Positions 27,945 through 40,364 of a DNA stretch of 64,000 nt are shown here, one piece after another; the first letter of the stretch is position 1; the number at the start of each line of letters is the position of its first letter. This stretch comes from Eledone cirrhosa (lineage: Eukaryota): positions 49,104,001-49,168,000 of the forward strand of contig OZ024745.1 of the NCBI GenBank assembly GCA_964016885.1, given 5' to 3'. Made by a program: the position numbers and the translations under genes. Below the pieces are notes generated by a model, which saw only the letters and a list, made by a program, of their open reading frames with translations, did no database searches and had not been told where the DNA came from.

Positions 27945-28927
27945 CTGAAAGAAAAAAAAGAGCTAAGTGAGAAAAGCATTTAAGATTATTTATAATAAAC
28001 ATGGTTAAAGCATAGTTATTACATACAGGTTGAATAGAAAGTTAAATAAAGTTATTCATTTAACCCTTTTGATCCTAAAATACCCAAAACTGCTCAGGGT
28101 TCTGTGATACAAAACTGTTTATTTCAAAATATTTGTATTTATCTAAAAACCTTCTATCATAATTTTGCATAAGAACCTTTGTTAAGTTATGTTATGAACA
28201 CCAGTTACATTACTACACCTTTCCAAATCCTTGATTATTTTAAAAATTAAAATCATTGGTACATTACAATATTCTAATGAAATGGTTAAAGCATATTTAT
28301 TAAACATAGGTTAGATTACTGGAAATTGTAACTTGGAACGAATAACTTTATTTTGAATCAAATAGATTTATAACTAAATTTAATTAATTTAAATTAACTA
28401 GATGGGATTATTTAGATTATTTGAATAATTATGTGATTCTTTTTATTTTTGTTCTCTTCTAGTTATTTTGATTGGAAGATAGTATCAGCAATGGAAAGAT
28501 AAATTGAAACATAGTTTCCTTGGTTTCATCTGGAAAATTGGTTTTTATATACTATTGTTTTTCTAAAGCATAATCAAAGAAGGCACAGTGGGTTTGACAT
28601 TTTTACACAGCCTGGAGATTGGAGGGAAGAAGGAGGAGAGTTATTTTCAGATGGGTCATCTAGCTCAAATACTTGCAACAATGTGAACTCAGCTCAAGAT
28701 CAATGAAAACATAATTTCTATGGTTTAATCTGATGATTGGCTCTTTTCCTTCTCCTTTTCTTGTCTGATGACTGATGATATACAACTGTGATATGAACTG
28801 TGGGTTAATGTAGTGAGATTTTGTTTTCTCCTAACACACATCTAACCTAGAAGTCAGCAACATAAATCCTTTAACTGTATTAACTCTGATAAAGTTACTC
28901 AAGATAGGAGTGTACAATCCATCCAAT

Positions 28928-29040
28928 TACGAGGGTAATCCCAAAAGTAAGGTCTCCAAAGTGATGGGGACGCAGAGAAACTGTTCGTACGGTTGTTGGC
29001 AACACTGTTGTGATTAGTGCTTCCTTCATGTAGTTTGCCT
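28928..29040 (+). mobile_element. Possible mariner-like terminal fragment
   Basis: ta|cgagggtaatcccaaaagtaagg resembles mariner TIR starts; partner TIR not found. Confidence 0.3.
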
Positions 29041-30433
29041 TCTACACAGATTTCAGGGATAAAGCTTAAGTTACCCTAAGTCTATGTAGAAGACACTTTC
29101 CAAAGGTACCATGCAGTTACATTGACTTTAAAACAATGTGTTTGTGAAACAACATTTTTAACCACACAACAATACCTTTATACAACAAAGTTTACTTTTA
29201 TACTTTACATTATTTGTGTGAACTAAATCTCAGATATTTAAAACAAGAATGAAACTTTTTCAGAAGGCAACACTAGCATTTCCTGTTATACTGTGTAATT
29301 GAGTGTATATACCTTCTACCATTTCTTTCTTTTCTCTTCTGTCTGACTTTTTTTTTTATGATTTATCCTTTTGTAAAAACCACAAACACGATTTTCTTGT
29401 TGAATAAAATAACACTATAGCACAAACATGTAATGTTTGGAGAAATACTCTGACTCATGTTAGGTTTAGAAGTAAATCAAATTAATGTTTTCTTTGTTAA
29501 AAAGAAACCAAATCAGATACAGACAGCAATCAGATCTAACATAGTGTGCTTAGCAAAAAAATCATATGAAATCCCACCATACTGTCTATAAAAAAGGGAG
29601 GGACACAAGGACAAATTAGATAATGTAGTACTAGACGTCCTTAAAAAATGGGATGGTCTCAACTGGAATAACATTGATCATCAGTATGTTTCATCAGTGT
29701 TGACTTGGGACACAAGTATAACAACAGCAACAACACCATAATCTTATACATTATATTTGAACTGTGAAGCTTTGTGGATAGGGTGTTGTCCTCATGGCTG
29801 TAAAGTTCTGAGTTTGATTCCTAGCATTACAATGAACAAGACCCCTTATTTCATGCTGCTTCAGTTTTCAGCTGGAAAAATTAGCTATTCCTGTAATTCC
29901 CACAGTGTGTCATACCGAATCTCCCTGAGAACTATGTTAATGGTATATGTGTCTGTGGAATGTTAATGTCACGAACTGGCAGTTCCATTGGTTTGGATAA
30001 CTGGAACGCTCATTGTCGGAAGTGACAGAAGTCTAACAACATATCTGAACAATAATCTCATTTAATTTTATATCAATCTCCCCTCATAGTCATAACAATT
30101 TGTGTTTAGTTACCAGATAACAGTGAAAGGATATAAAAATCATAAAATTTGTTGTTTAGCTCCAGGTTAGTCCTAATTGAGTAGACCTTAGATCAAAGGT
30201 ATTCCAGTCAAAACCACTCTGTTTTGTTTTTATTCAGACATGAGGCATCTAGGATCACATTATCCGAATGCATCCTTTCCCCACTTTTAACGGTAATGAG
30301 GAGCAATATCAGGGCTGCTATTTTTAGCATGTCGAGTGACCATTAGTTTGCAAAATGCTATGACAGTTTTCTGTGGTAGCACTTTAGTTTTAAAAGACAG
30401 TAAGTTAAGCAATGAGTATTGAAAAGTACTTAC

Positions 30434-30623
30434 ATAGATTCCCAATCACCTTTCATTGGAGCTAATTTCAGGTAGATTATTGAGGGAAATATGAAGGTAA
30501 GAATAGTGATTGCTGAACCTCCAATTAGTGAAAGAATTGAATCAAAATCAGGAAACGTTTCAGCAACAAAAAGAATAATTAACATCACCAGGGTTCGAGA
30601 GATGATTCGTTTTATATTAAAAT
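30434..30623 (-). CDS. Amino acid transporter exon 9
   Basis: ttttag/gtaagt; KRIISRTLVMLIILFVAETFPDFDSILSLIGGSAITILTFIFPSIIYLKL, a typical Aa_trans motif. Confidence 0.92.
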
Positions 30624-31979
30624 CTAAAACAGAAAATAAACAGAAAATATTTAATATGTATGTATAGTGAACATCAAAATAAAATATTACAAGCTTATCA
30701 TCTTTAGAGCTAAGATTGCTTATATTGATAGTAACATGGGAGCATATGGAATTGCTTAATCTTTCTCATCTCAGGACATGCTACTCTTAATGAAATCATT
30801 AAGCATTGTTTGGACACAACTGACTTTCTCATCACAGCTGGAACCAACAGAGTTAGACTGAGGAGATGGCAAAATGCTGGATGGCATTACATTTTCTCAT
30901 TCTGTGGTAGTAAGCTCTTTATCTGAGATGTAACTTACAGTAATATTTTCTGCAGTGGTAATTTGGTTAAATGAGCATTGGAACCATGCCCCATTGCTTG
31001 ACAGACAGAATATCACAAGTCAAAAAAATATCAGCTGTTTTCTCATAGGTTTACCATTGAGCCCATAGTGGTAGAAAAATTAGGCGACTTGAATCCCCGA
31101 ATCCCCTCTCTACTTACTGCAATCAAAATGGAGATACCAATTTGCATGAACAAGCCCTGTGAAGTAAACTAGCTCTTTCAGTACATCTCTCTCACCATCT
31201 TCTCAGGTAATGCATTCACTGTACTGTTCACTGGGTTCATGAAGCAACAACAAACTTAAATTGGATGTTTATTGGTTTATAAACAAAAATTAAACTTTAT
31301 ATAGAATACTGATATATCACACATACCCTTTCTTTTCTATTATCTATAGTTATTTTTTGTTAGGTTATTTCAGATTTTAGTTATGCTTCAACTTTTTAAC
31401 ATATCTTGAAAGTCTTTAATTCTCAAATGGGAACTATGGAATTGAAATTTATTAGGTAGTTAACCCACCCCCAATTATGTGTTTAATATATCTAGTATAT
31501 TGTCAATGTATGCTTCAAGGTACACCCTTCTCATAATTTTGCACCTATTTTCCACGATGGGATGGGTTGGATGTGTCATCATGGTCTGAGACTACAAGGA
31601 CAGAGAACCACATCATGATTTTATATTCCATATTTTGGCATGCTTCTACAGTTAAGCTAAATTTGAAACCTGGCTCAAGTTCCATATTCTAGTCAAGTAT
31701 ATATTGCATGAGAAAATCATGAAGACTGAATTTAATTTCTCCTCCTCAATAAATTTGAGATTTTTACACTTACATATAAAATTAAAGAATTCTAATACAT
31801 TAAACATTGATATTTGTGTTTCTGGTTATAAAAATGTTTTCTAACATATCTCTCTAGAAAATTGAAGTCTTACTTCACTACTCATCCAACAGTCTTTGTT
31901 AATTATATCTTTAATCAAAAGTAATTTATATGACAACAGAATACATTAGTATATTAGTATATAGCAGTTTGTGACTTAC

Positions 31980-32186
31980 TTGGAGATATTTTCAGTTTTG
32001 CTTCTATTTCTTGACAGATTGGGTTCATTAAGATAATAAATGCCATCAAAATATGAAAAGTAAAGGTCACCTGCACAATATGTAGTACAGGTCCTGAAGA
32101 AATGGTTTCTAAAATGTTAGGAGTTAATTTGGCACCGTAAATTAAATAGCAAGCCACTGGTACAGGTAAGTAAATCATCAATATTC
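31980..32186 (-). CDS. Amino acid transporter exon 8
   Basis: ttcag/gtaagt; ILMIYLPVPVACYLIYG...HILMAFIILMNPICQEIE. Confidence 0.92.
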
Positions 32187-33264
32187 CTGAAAAATAATAC
32201 AGAAATAATATTTATTAGCTAATAGAAATCTTATATGAGATGTGAATTTCTGATGATTTAAAAGCTCAAATTGACTTAATTCTTCTGATATAACTTGTTT
32301 CATAATCGGTTTTAGTTTAATGGTTTGAAACATCCTTAAATATAGAAGCATTCATGTGTATTTTTTTATATTTTACTGTTTAGTCATGGAGAGAAGGAAC
32401 TCCAAGTCTGGTAGGAGGAAAATATTTTCAATCCAGAGATCTAGTTTGAATGTTTGCAACAGAGTGAATTCTACTAAAGACATTTGAGGGCCAAGTTGTG
32501 GTGTTAAATTAGGCAATAGTAGATTAGATCTACTATTCACATAGGTAACCAGAGGATCTGAACTCAGAATACAAATAGCCAGAAATATTACAAGGCATTT
32601 TATCCAGTACTATAACAATTTTGCCAATCCATCACTATAAGTATGGCATTTTAATTTATCAAACTTGAAAGGATGAAAAGCAAAGTTGAGCTCAGCAAGA
32701 TTTGAACTTGGAAGGCAGAGAGACAGAACAAACACTGCAAAGCATTTTGCAATATGCTCTAATGATTCTGCCAATTCCTCACGTATATATATTTGCGTTC
32801 TTGTATCTCAGTTATATTGTCACGTTGCTCATGTGCTCCTGAATATATATATATATATATATCTCAGTTATTTTATCATGTCACTCATGTGTCCACACAC
32901 TCCTCACACACCACTGCTTATTCTTTTATTAGTTTCAGTCATTGGATTATTGCCATACTGTTATATCAACACCCAGTACTCATCTGTTGAGTCAACTGGT
33001 ATATATTTTATCAATCTCAGAAAGATGAAAGATAGCTGAACCTGAGTAGGATTTGAACTGAAAATACAGAGGGACATTGCCAAATACCAAAAGTGTTTTT
33101 TTCGATACTCTACTGAGTTTGCCATCTACCCTTCAGTGATACTATCTATTTTTTTTTATCTCTCGGGGCTTATAAACCTAACTTATTTGACTTTTTTTTT
33201 TATAGTCAAAAACCTGCATTGAAGCAGTTAACTTTAAACTAACATACATTCGTAATTCATTATA

Positions 33265-33850
<586 letters not shown>

Positions 33851-33958
33851 ATTGTTCTGCATCCCCTTCCATTGTACTACAAAGTTACTAAGACTAAACC
33901 TATATATTTGCTAGCATAGGTATGCATCTGTATACATATGTTGGTAGATATACTAATT

Positions 33959-34020
<62 letters not shown>

Positions 34021-34028
34021 GTATATAT

Positions 34029-34070
<42 letters not shown>

Positions 34071-34338
34071 GGGGCCATCCTTGTCACACATTGTGTCTCT
34101 CTGAATTTCCATGAGAACTATGTCAGCAGTTCAAATACACTAACCACTAGGCCATGTGCCCTCACATGTATGTATAGGTGTGTGTGTGTGCATGTTATTT
34201 TATTACCATATTATATGTACAGGATCATATATATGTTTTTATACTTATATATCATATTTTATGTTTCACTGAAGAGAAAATTTTACTTGAATAGTTAGAA
34301 TATGAAAGAATATAAAAGAAAGGCAATATGCTACTTAC

Positions 34339-34586
34339 CTAGGTATCCAAATGCCAGAGATTTATTAAAATCTGAGCTGACTTTCATATCAGATTGAACA
34401 GTCAAAAACAGAGAGTGACCAGTAAAGGCAAAGCATATAATACCAAATGAAGATGCAAATGTTCTAGCTGTTGTAGCTTTATGTTCTACAGGCTTATCCA
34501 TCAGGTCAGGGATATCCATAAGAATCACCACAAGAAGAAGAAGCATGCTGATAATTGTAGCAGACATCCCGATAATTGGAATTACC
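34339..34586 (-). CDS. Amino acid transporter exon 7
   Basis: accag/gtaagt; SFGIICFAFTGHSLFLTVQSDMK motif. Confidence 0.92.
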
Positions 34587-35006
34587 CTGGTTATAGAGAC
34601 AAACAAAATAATGAATTGATTAAGTATTTGTTAAAAGACTAGAATGTATAAGTTAGTTCTGAAACCCAGTGGCATAACAAAGGCTCTCAGTACCCTCACG
34701 AAAATTCTCTTTTGGTGCTATCCCTCACCTTAATTATAATTGTTTCTACTTTTGGCACAAGACCAGCAATTACCCAGTGCATTACTGGTACTTTATTTAT
34801 CGACCCCGTAAGGATGAAAGGCAAAATTAACCTTGGCAGGATTTGAACTCAGATCATAAAGGGACGTAACTCTATGCTTCAAAGCATGGTGTCTGACTCT
34901 CTACCGATACTGCCAATCCACCGCCCTTAATTGTAATGATAGGCTAGAAGAAATTTTGTACCCTTTCACGCCTGTGCCTAAGAGTGAAAGCCCCACCCAC
35001 ACTTCC

Positions 35007-35235
35007 TTAACCTTTAAGCATTTAAAGTGGCTATATCCGGCCAGAATTCTTTCACCTCTTTCTGTTCAAACCAACTATAACTGGCTCCTCATACCAATGT
35101 TAAGGTATTGTTCTCGTAATAAATAATATCAAAATCTCATAGATTCGATATTATGTGAGATAATTATGCGAGATAAAGCCTTTACTGTGGAAACATAATA
35201 GTAAATATAGAGTAATGTAAATGCTAAAGGGTTAA
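35007..35235. mobile_element. TTAA-flanked MITE (second family)
   Basis: ttaa|cctttaagcattta ... taaatgctaaaggg|ttaa. Confidence 0.65.
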
Positions 35236-35623
35236 GCAAACACCATTCAAAACCTGCAGTGAGTTAGGATTGCAGAGGTCAGTAATCTGAAATATGGTCC
35301 TTAACCCTTTCTTTACTATACTTTTAATGAAACTTGCAGCTTTCATTATGATTTTCTTTTAATTTTGAAAATAATGAAGATTTATGAAGGATTCAGGATT
35401 TTATAAAATAACTAATATTTTTATATGATTGTGCTGGTGTTTGGTGCATAACTTGAAAATTTCTTACATAAAATTATGATGGAAAGTTTGAATTTAAACA
35501 TAAACACTTTAAAATCACTTTAAAATCACTTTTGAATCATAGAATCAGGGTCAGCTTCAGCCAGTTTGGCATCAAAAGAGTCAAATGATAACACTTCTTC
35601 TTGCTCTTGCTCGATCCCAAAGC

Positions 35624-35669
35624 ATTTACCAGTATTGTGTTATCAAATGATAACACAATACTGGTAAAT
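35624..35669. repeat. Perfect 22-bp-stem palindrome
   Basis: atttaccagtattgtgttatca-aa-tgataacacaatactggtaaat. Confidence 0.95.
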
Positions 35670-36698
35670 TCATTTAAAGTTGAAATTTTTCTTGTTCCTA
35701 GAGTTTATCCAGGTTTCATGTTGATTTAAATGATTGAGAGTAAAAAGCCCCCCCCCCCCTCCCCCACCCTACTACCTAGATAGGGTATCAGTCTGTTGCA
35801 AGGTTGATCCCCTTAGTTGCTGCTAACACTCACTTTTTTAGCTGAGTGATGTAGAGCAATGCAAAAGAAAGTATCACTTGCCCAAGGACACAATGTGCTA
35901 TCTGGTCTGTGAATCAAATTCATAACCTTTAAATTATGAGTCCAACACGCTAACCACTAGACCACATACCTTCTTGATAAACTGACTAAACAATGCTACT
36001 TTAAGATAAATATCATGTAGTTATTTAGAATGGCTGAACGAGGAAAATCTATTGAAAATCCTCTTTTCTTTAATTTTTTTAACTTTCTAAAACTGACTTT
36101 GGGTCTAAAGGTCAGAACTGTTTATTTTCAAGTGCTTATATTTCTTTTAAAAACCCTTCAACATAACTTCATGTGTGAACCTTTGTTCCAAACATCCATT
36201 TAATATTTGGAAAGTTAGTTATATTATTAAATTCCACCAAATTTTTAATTATTTTGAAAATTACTTGAAAATGGAAATATGGTAATGAAGAGTTAAACAT
36301 GTTTAAATTATAAGTGGACAAGCATATTTCAGTGAATGTATAACAGTTAATAGCATGCATGGTCTCGTAACTTCTGATGGGGTTGTAGGGGGAGGTGTAG
36401 TGGCATAGAGTGTTTCTGGGTATTTTAAGCCTGGCGGAGCCCATCTCCTCTTCAGGTCTGAATACAGTAGATTTCTTCTAGAAAAGGATAGAAAGTGAGA
36501 GAAAGGAAGTGAGAAAAAGATTTAGAGGAAAAATCGACCCCAGTACTGGACTAGTACTTTTTTTTATCGACCTTGAAAGGATGACATTAGTGGGATTTGA
36601 ACTCAGAGAGCAGACTGCTGGTACAAATACCACAAAGCACTCTATCTGACATTAATCAACTAACAGTTAATAGAGGTAAATAATAAATTGTTACTAAC

Positions 36699-36893
36699 CA
36701 GAAATCTTTTGGAGTTCCACAAAAACAGATAGGCAGTAAGCAACCAGCAAGAATTATGAGAATTAAACAGTTCGAGACCTTGCTGTCAAGAAAGACTTGC
36801 TCAATAAACTTGTGTGTGGTGTTGGCAGCAAGTAACAGGAAGACGACACAGCCACCAAATAATGTAAAATTAACGCATAAAGATATTGTTAAT
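36699..36893 (-). CDS. Amino acid transporter exon 6
   Basis: gacag/gttagt; LCVNFTLFGGCVVFLLLAAN...LLPICFCGTPKDFW. Confidence 0.92.
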
Positions 36894-37269
36894 CTGTCAA
36901 AGAAGTAATTTGAGGTTGAAAATATATATGATATATATATTTAAGGTTGAAAATATATACAATATATGTATTAAGGAGATGAATAAATGCAATTTTTGAA
37001 AATAATTCCATCACTTCTGTATTAATTCCATCAACTTCTGATTACTATCTCTCTCTCTCTCTCAGACACACGCACACTCTCTTTCAGACACGCACACACA
37101 CACACTCTCAGACTTTCACATATATGGTACCCGTAACTCCAGAGGAGTTGTTGGGGTGCTATATTGACATACAGTGTTTCTAGGGCATTTTTAAAACCTG
37201 GTAGAGCCCATCTCCCTCCAGGCCTATATATACACACACACACACAAACACACACACATATATATATAT

Positions 37270-37560
37270 GATATGTTTATGTCTAATAAACATATAATCC
37301 TCATTATGACTGTTTAAAGTTGTGATCATGTCATACCTATTTCAGTATCCAAGTGAGAATGCCAGACAGTAGCGTTTCAGGATTTTTGATAAAATCCTGA
37401 AAAAATCCGGTCTTCCATATAAAAATCTTAACCTCCTCACAAAAATTCTGAAACACTAGCGCATGGCATTCTCACCTGGCTACTGAAATAGCTATGACAT
37501 GATCACAATTTTAAATAGTCATAACGAGGCTTATATATGTTTATTTTACATAAACATATC
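37270..37560. repeat. Diverged foldback element between TA/CA microsatellites
   Basis: ~120-bp arms pair; a single arm recurs at ~48685-48760. Confidence 0.85.
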
Positions 37561-37618
37561 GTATCTACCTTCATATACACCTCTTTTATGAATGATGCTA
37601 TGTTGGTGCGACAGCTAA

Positions 37619-37667
<49 letters not shown>

Positions 37668-37671
<4 letters not shown>

Positions 37672-38052
37672 TCATTTCATTTCATGTCCGTTTTTCTCTG
37701 CTTGCAAGGGTGGGATGGGAACTGATTCTGGCTTGATTTCTACAGCTGGATGCCCTTCCTAACACCAACCACATTTACAGTAAGTGCTGGGTGCTTTTTT
37801 TCCATGGCGCCTACACATCCACTTTACAGTGTGGGCTGGGTGCTTTTTTGCCTTGGCACCTCCACAACCACTTTTGCAGTGGAATGATAGGGATCCCAGT
37901 TCCTATCATCTCATTTCTACAGCTGAGTAAACTGGAGCAATGTGAAATAAAGTGTCTTGCTCAAGGAAACAACACATCACCCGGTCTGAGAATTGAACTC
38001 ACAACCTTTCGATTGCAAGGCCAATGCTCTAACCACTAAGCCATGTGCCTCC
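37668..38052 (-). mobile_element. Near full-length SINE family B (tRNA head, CORE-like domain, 2 VNTR units, (GAT)n tail)
   Basis: Minus: tggcttagtgg A-box, gagttcaattc B-box, ccttgagcaagacact, ggttggtgttaggaagggcatccagc; partial copies ~12500, 15715, 38975, 39395, 44970. Confidence 0.85.
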
Positions 38053-38135
38053 ATATAATATATGAGTTTCAGAAGATCCCGTTAAGGGTGAAAGAAGCGA
38101 TTCTTTGCTTAAACTTTAATCTGTTATTTTAATAA

Positions 38136-38169
<34 letters not shown>

Positions 38170-38264
38170 CGTTCAACCAATGACCTACACAAATCCCAAT
38201 CCCCACCCTCTCCTACCACCAGATTAGGAAAGACATAAATACTACCATTTACTTGGACAGCCAT

Positions 38265-38311
38265 CTTCCTGATGATTTCTCACGAATGAAACAGTTCTAG
38301 TCCTGTAGAAG
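38265..38311 (+). ncRNA. Type I hammerhead ribozyme candidate, family A
   Basis: CTTC CTGATGA t TTC tcac GAA t GAAA CAG ttctagtc CTG TA GAAG; stems I, II and III all pair; GUA site. Confidence 0.72.
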
Positions 38312-38461
38312 CTCTTCTATATTAAAACTATATATATATATATATATATATAGATATATATATCCAGGGGGTGTAACTTTGAGTTACTGCAAGTTCATCC
38401 GGGAGAGCACTCGATGTTTAGGTTCACTTCTGTGATGAGGTGTAGAGCTATACAGAGTGTA

Positions 38462-38760
38462 ATATATTGAAAGGATAACAAGGACGATTGATTACTCCTT
38501 CATTGCATTTATTGATAGGTGACGCGCGTTTCGCCACTGATCAGCTCAAGGTTCATCTGTATCGATCCTACCCGACTCAATAATCGGTGGCTCGACGGAC
38601 CTTTTTAAAATGCTATAAGGGTCCGTCGAGCTGCCGATTATTGAGTCGGGTACGATCGATAGAGATCGAACCTTGAGCTGATCAGTGGCGAAACGCGCGT
38701 CACCTATCAATAAATGCAATGAAGGAGTAATCAATCGTCCTTGTTATCCTTTCAATATAT
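38462..38760. repeat. CpG-rich, young foldback element (~140-bp arms)
   Basis: Near-perfect inverted repeat; each arm has ctgatcagtggcGAAACGCGCGTC followed by AATAAA. Confidence 0.95.
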
Positions 38761-38942
38761 ATATAGTGGATTGGCAGTATCGGTAGAGAGTCGGACACCA
38801 TGCTTTCCAGCATAGTTACGTCCCTTTACGGTCTGAGTTCAAATCCCGCCGAGGTTTACTTTGCCTTTCCTCCTTACGGGGGTCGATAAAATAAAGTACC
38901 AGTAATACACTGGGTAATTGCTGGCCTTGTGCCTAAAGTAGA

Positions 38943-38975
<33 letters not shown>

Positions 38976-39295
38976 CATCATCATCATCATCATTATCATC
39001 ATCGTTTAACGTCCATCTTCCACGCTTGCATGGGTTTGGACGAGTGTTTTCCCACTTGAGGCAAGATTGGTTGTCTTGCTCGTATAGGACTGTCTGGCGG
39101 GTTTTCTACGGCTGGATGCCCTTCCTAACACCAACCACGTTTACAGTGTGGACTGGGAGGTTTTTACCGTGTTACCTATATAGGAAAAAGTATGACCCCA
39201 GGGTCATACTTTTTCCTATTACCCACTCTGCTACCCTAAGTATTGAGTACTCTGGTGCATTATGGTCAATCTGGTTTCTTACCTCAACTTCTTCG

Positions 39296-39330
<35 letters not shown>

Positions 39331-39744
39331 TATATATATATATTGGAGTGACTGCAGTATAAGGACCAGTATAAAAAGTCTGCAGTTATCATTCATCATC
39401 ATTTCCGTTTAGCGTCAATACTTCCATGCTTGCATGGGTTAGACTGGTCGTCCATGCCAGGGGGCAAGTATGGTCATGCTGCACCTTGCTCTGGTGAGGA
39501 CTATAAATTTGGCCAGGTTTTTTACAGCTGGATGCCCTTCCTAACACCAACCACATTTACAGTGAGGAGGGACAGGCCAGTTAGCTGTGCCAAACCCGTC
39601 TCAGAATGGAACCACAGTTTTGGAGCCTGACTCATCTCACGGCGGAGCCATAGTTTAGGACCCCAGTACTGGAAGGTACCAATATGAGGAGCCTGACCCC
39701 TCTCACAGCATAGCCACCATTGAGTAACCCAGGACTTATATATA

Positions 39745-40205
39745 TATACAGCTCTGCTTGGCTTGGCTCAACTCAGCTCTGTTCAGTTCGGGTTGGCTTG
39801 GCTTGGGTTAGCTTTGTCCTGGTCAGCTTAGCTCAGGATCTGGGATTTTATTGGGGATCCGTTATTGGATTGGTGATCCAGGATCGGATCAGGTATATGG
39901 GATCAGATCCAGGATCGGGGATCAGATTGGGGATATGGAATTGGATTGATGATCTGGTACTGCGTTGGAGATCTGGTATCAGATTGGGAATCTGGTATCG
40001 GATCGAGGATCCAGCATTGAATTGGGATCCGGTATCGATTGGGGATCCGGTATCGGATCAGATCGGGGATCCAATATTGGATCAGAGATCCACTATCAGA
40101 TTGGGGACCCGGTATCAGATTGGGGATCCGAGATCAAATAAGAAATCATGGATCAGATCAGATCTAATGAACACAGCTCTGTGTAGCTCAGCTTGGCTTA
40201 GCTTA
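39745..40205 (+). repeat. Degenerate GATC-rich repeat flanked by (gctYR) pentamer repeats
   Basis: Dense ggatc/gatcc/gatcagatt motifs 39836-40165; gcttg/gctca runs on both sides. Confidence 0.7.
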
Positions 40206-40364
40206 ACTCTCTCCACGCTACCAATATTGTCCAAGTGAAAAGCAAAAGCTTATTCAACTTGGCACCATTGTTGTTACAGCCCTTTATATTTTCCCGCTGA
40301 GTGGATTATGAATATCATGAAAGTAAAATGTCTTGTTCCAGGATACAACATACTGCTTGTTCCA

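Noticed and set aside
39720-40238. 172-aa ORF
   Set aside because: Translation of degenerate GATC and pentamer repeats
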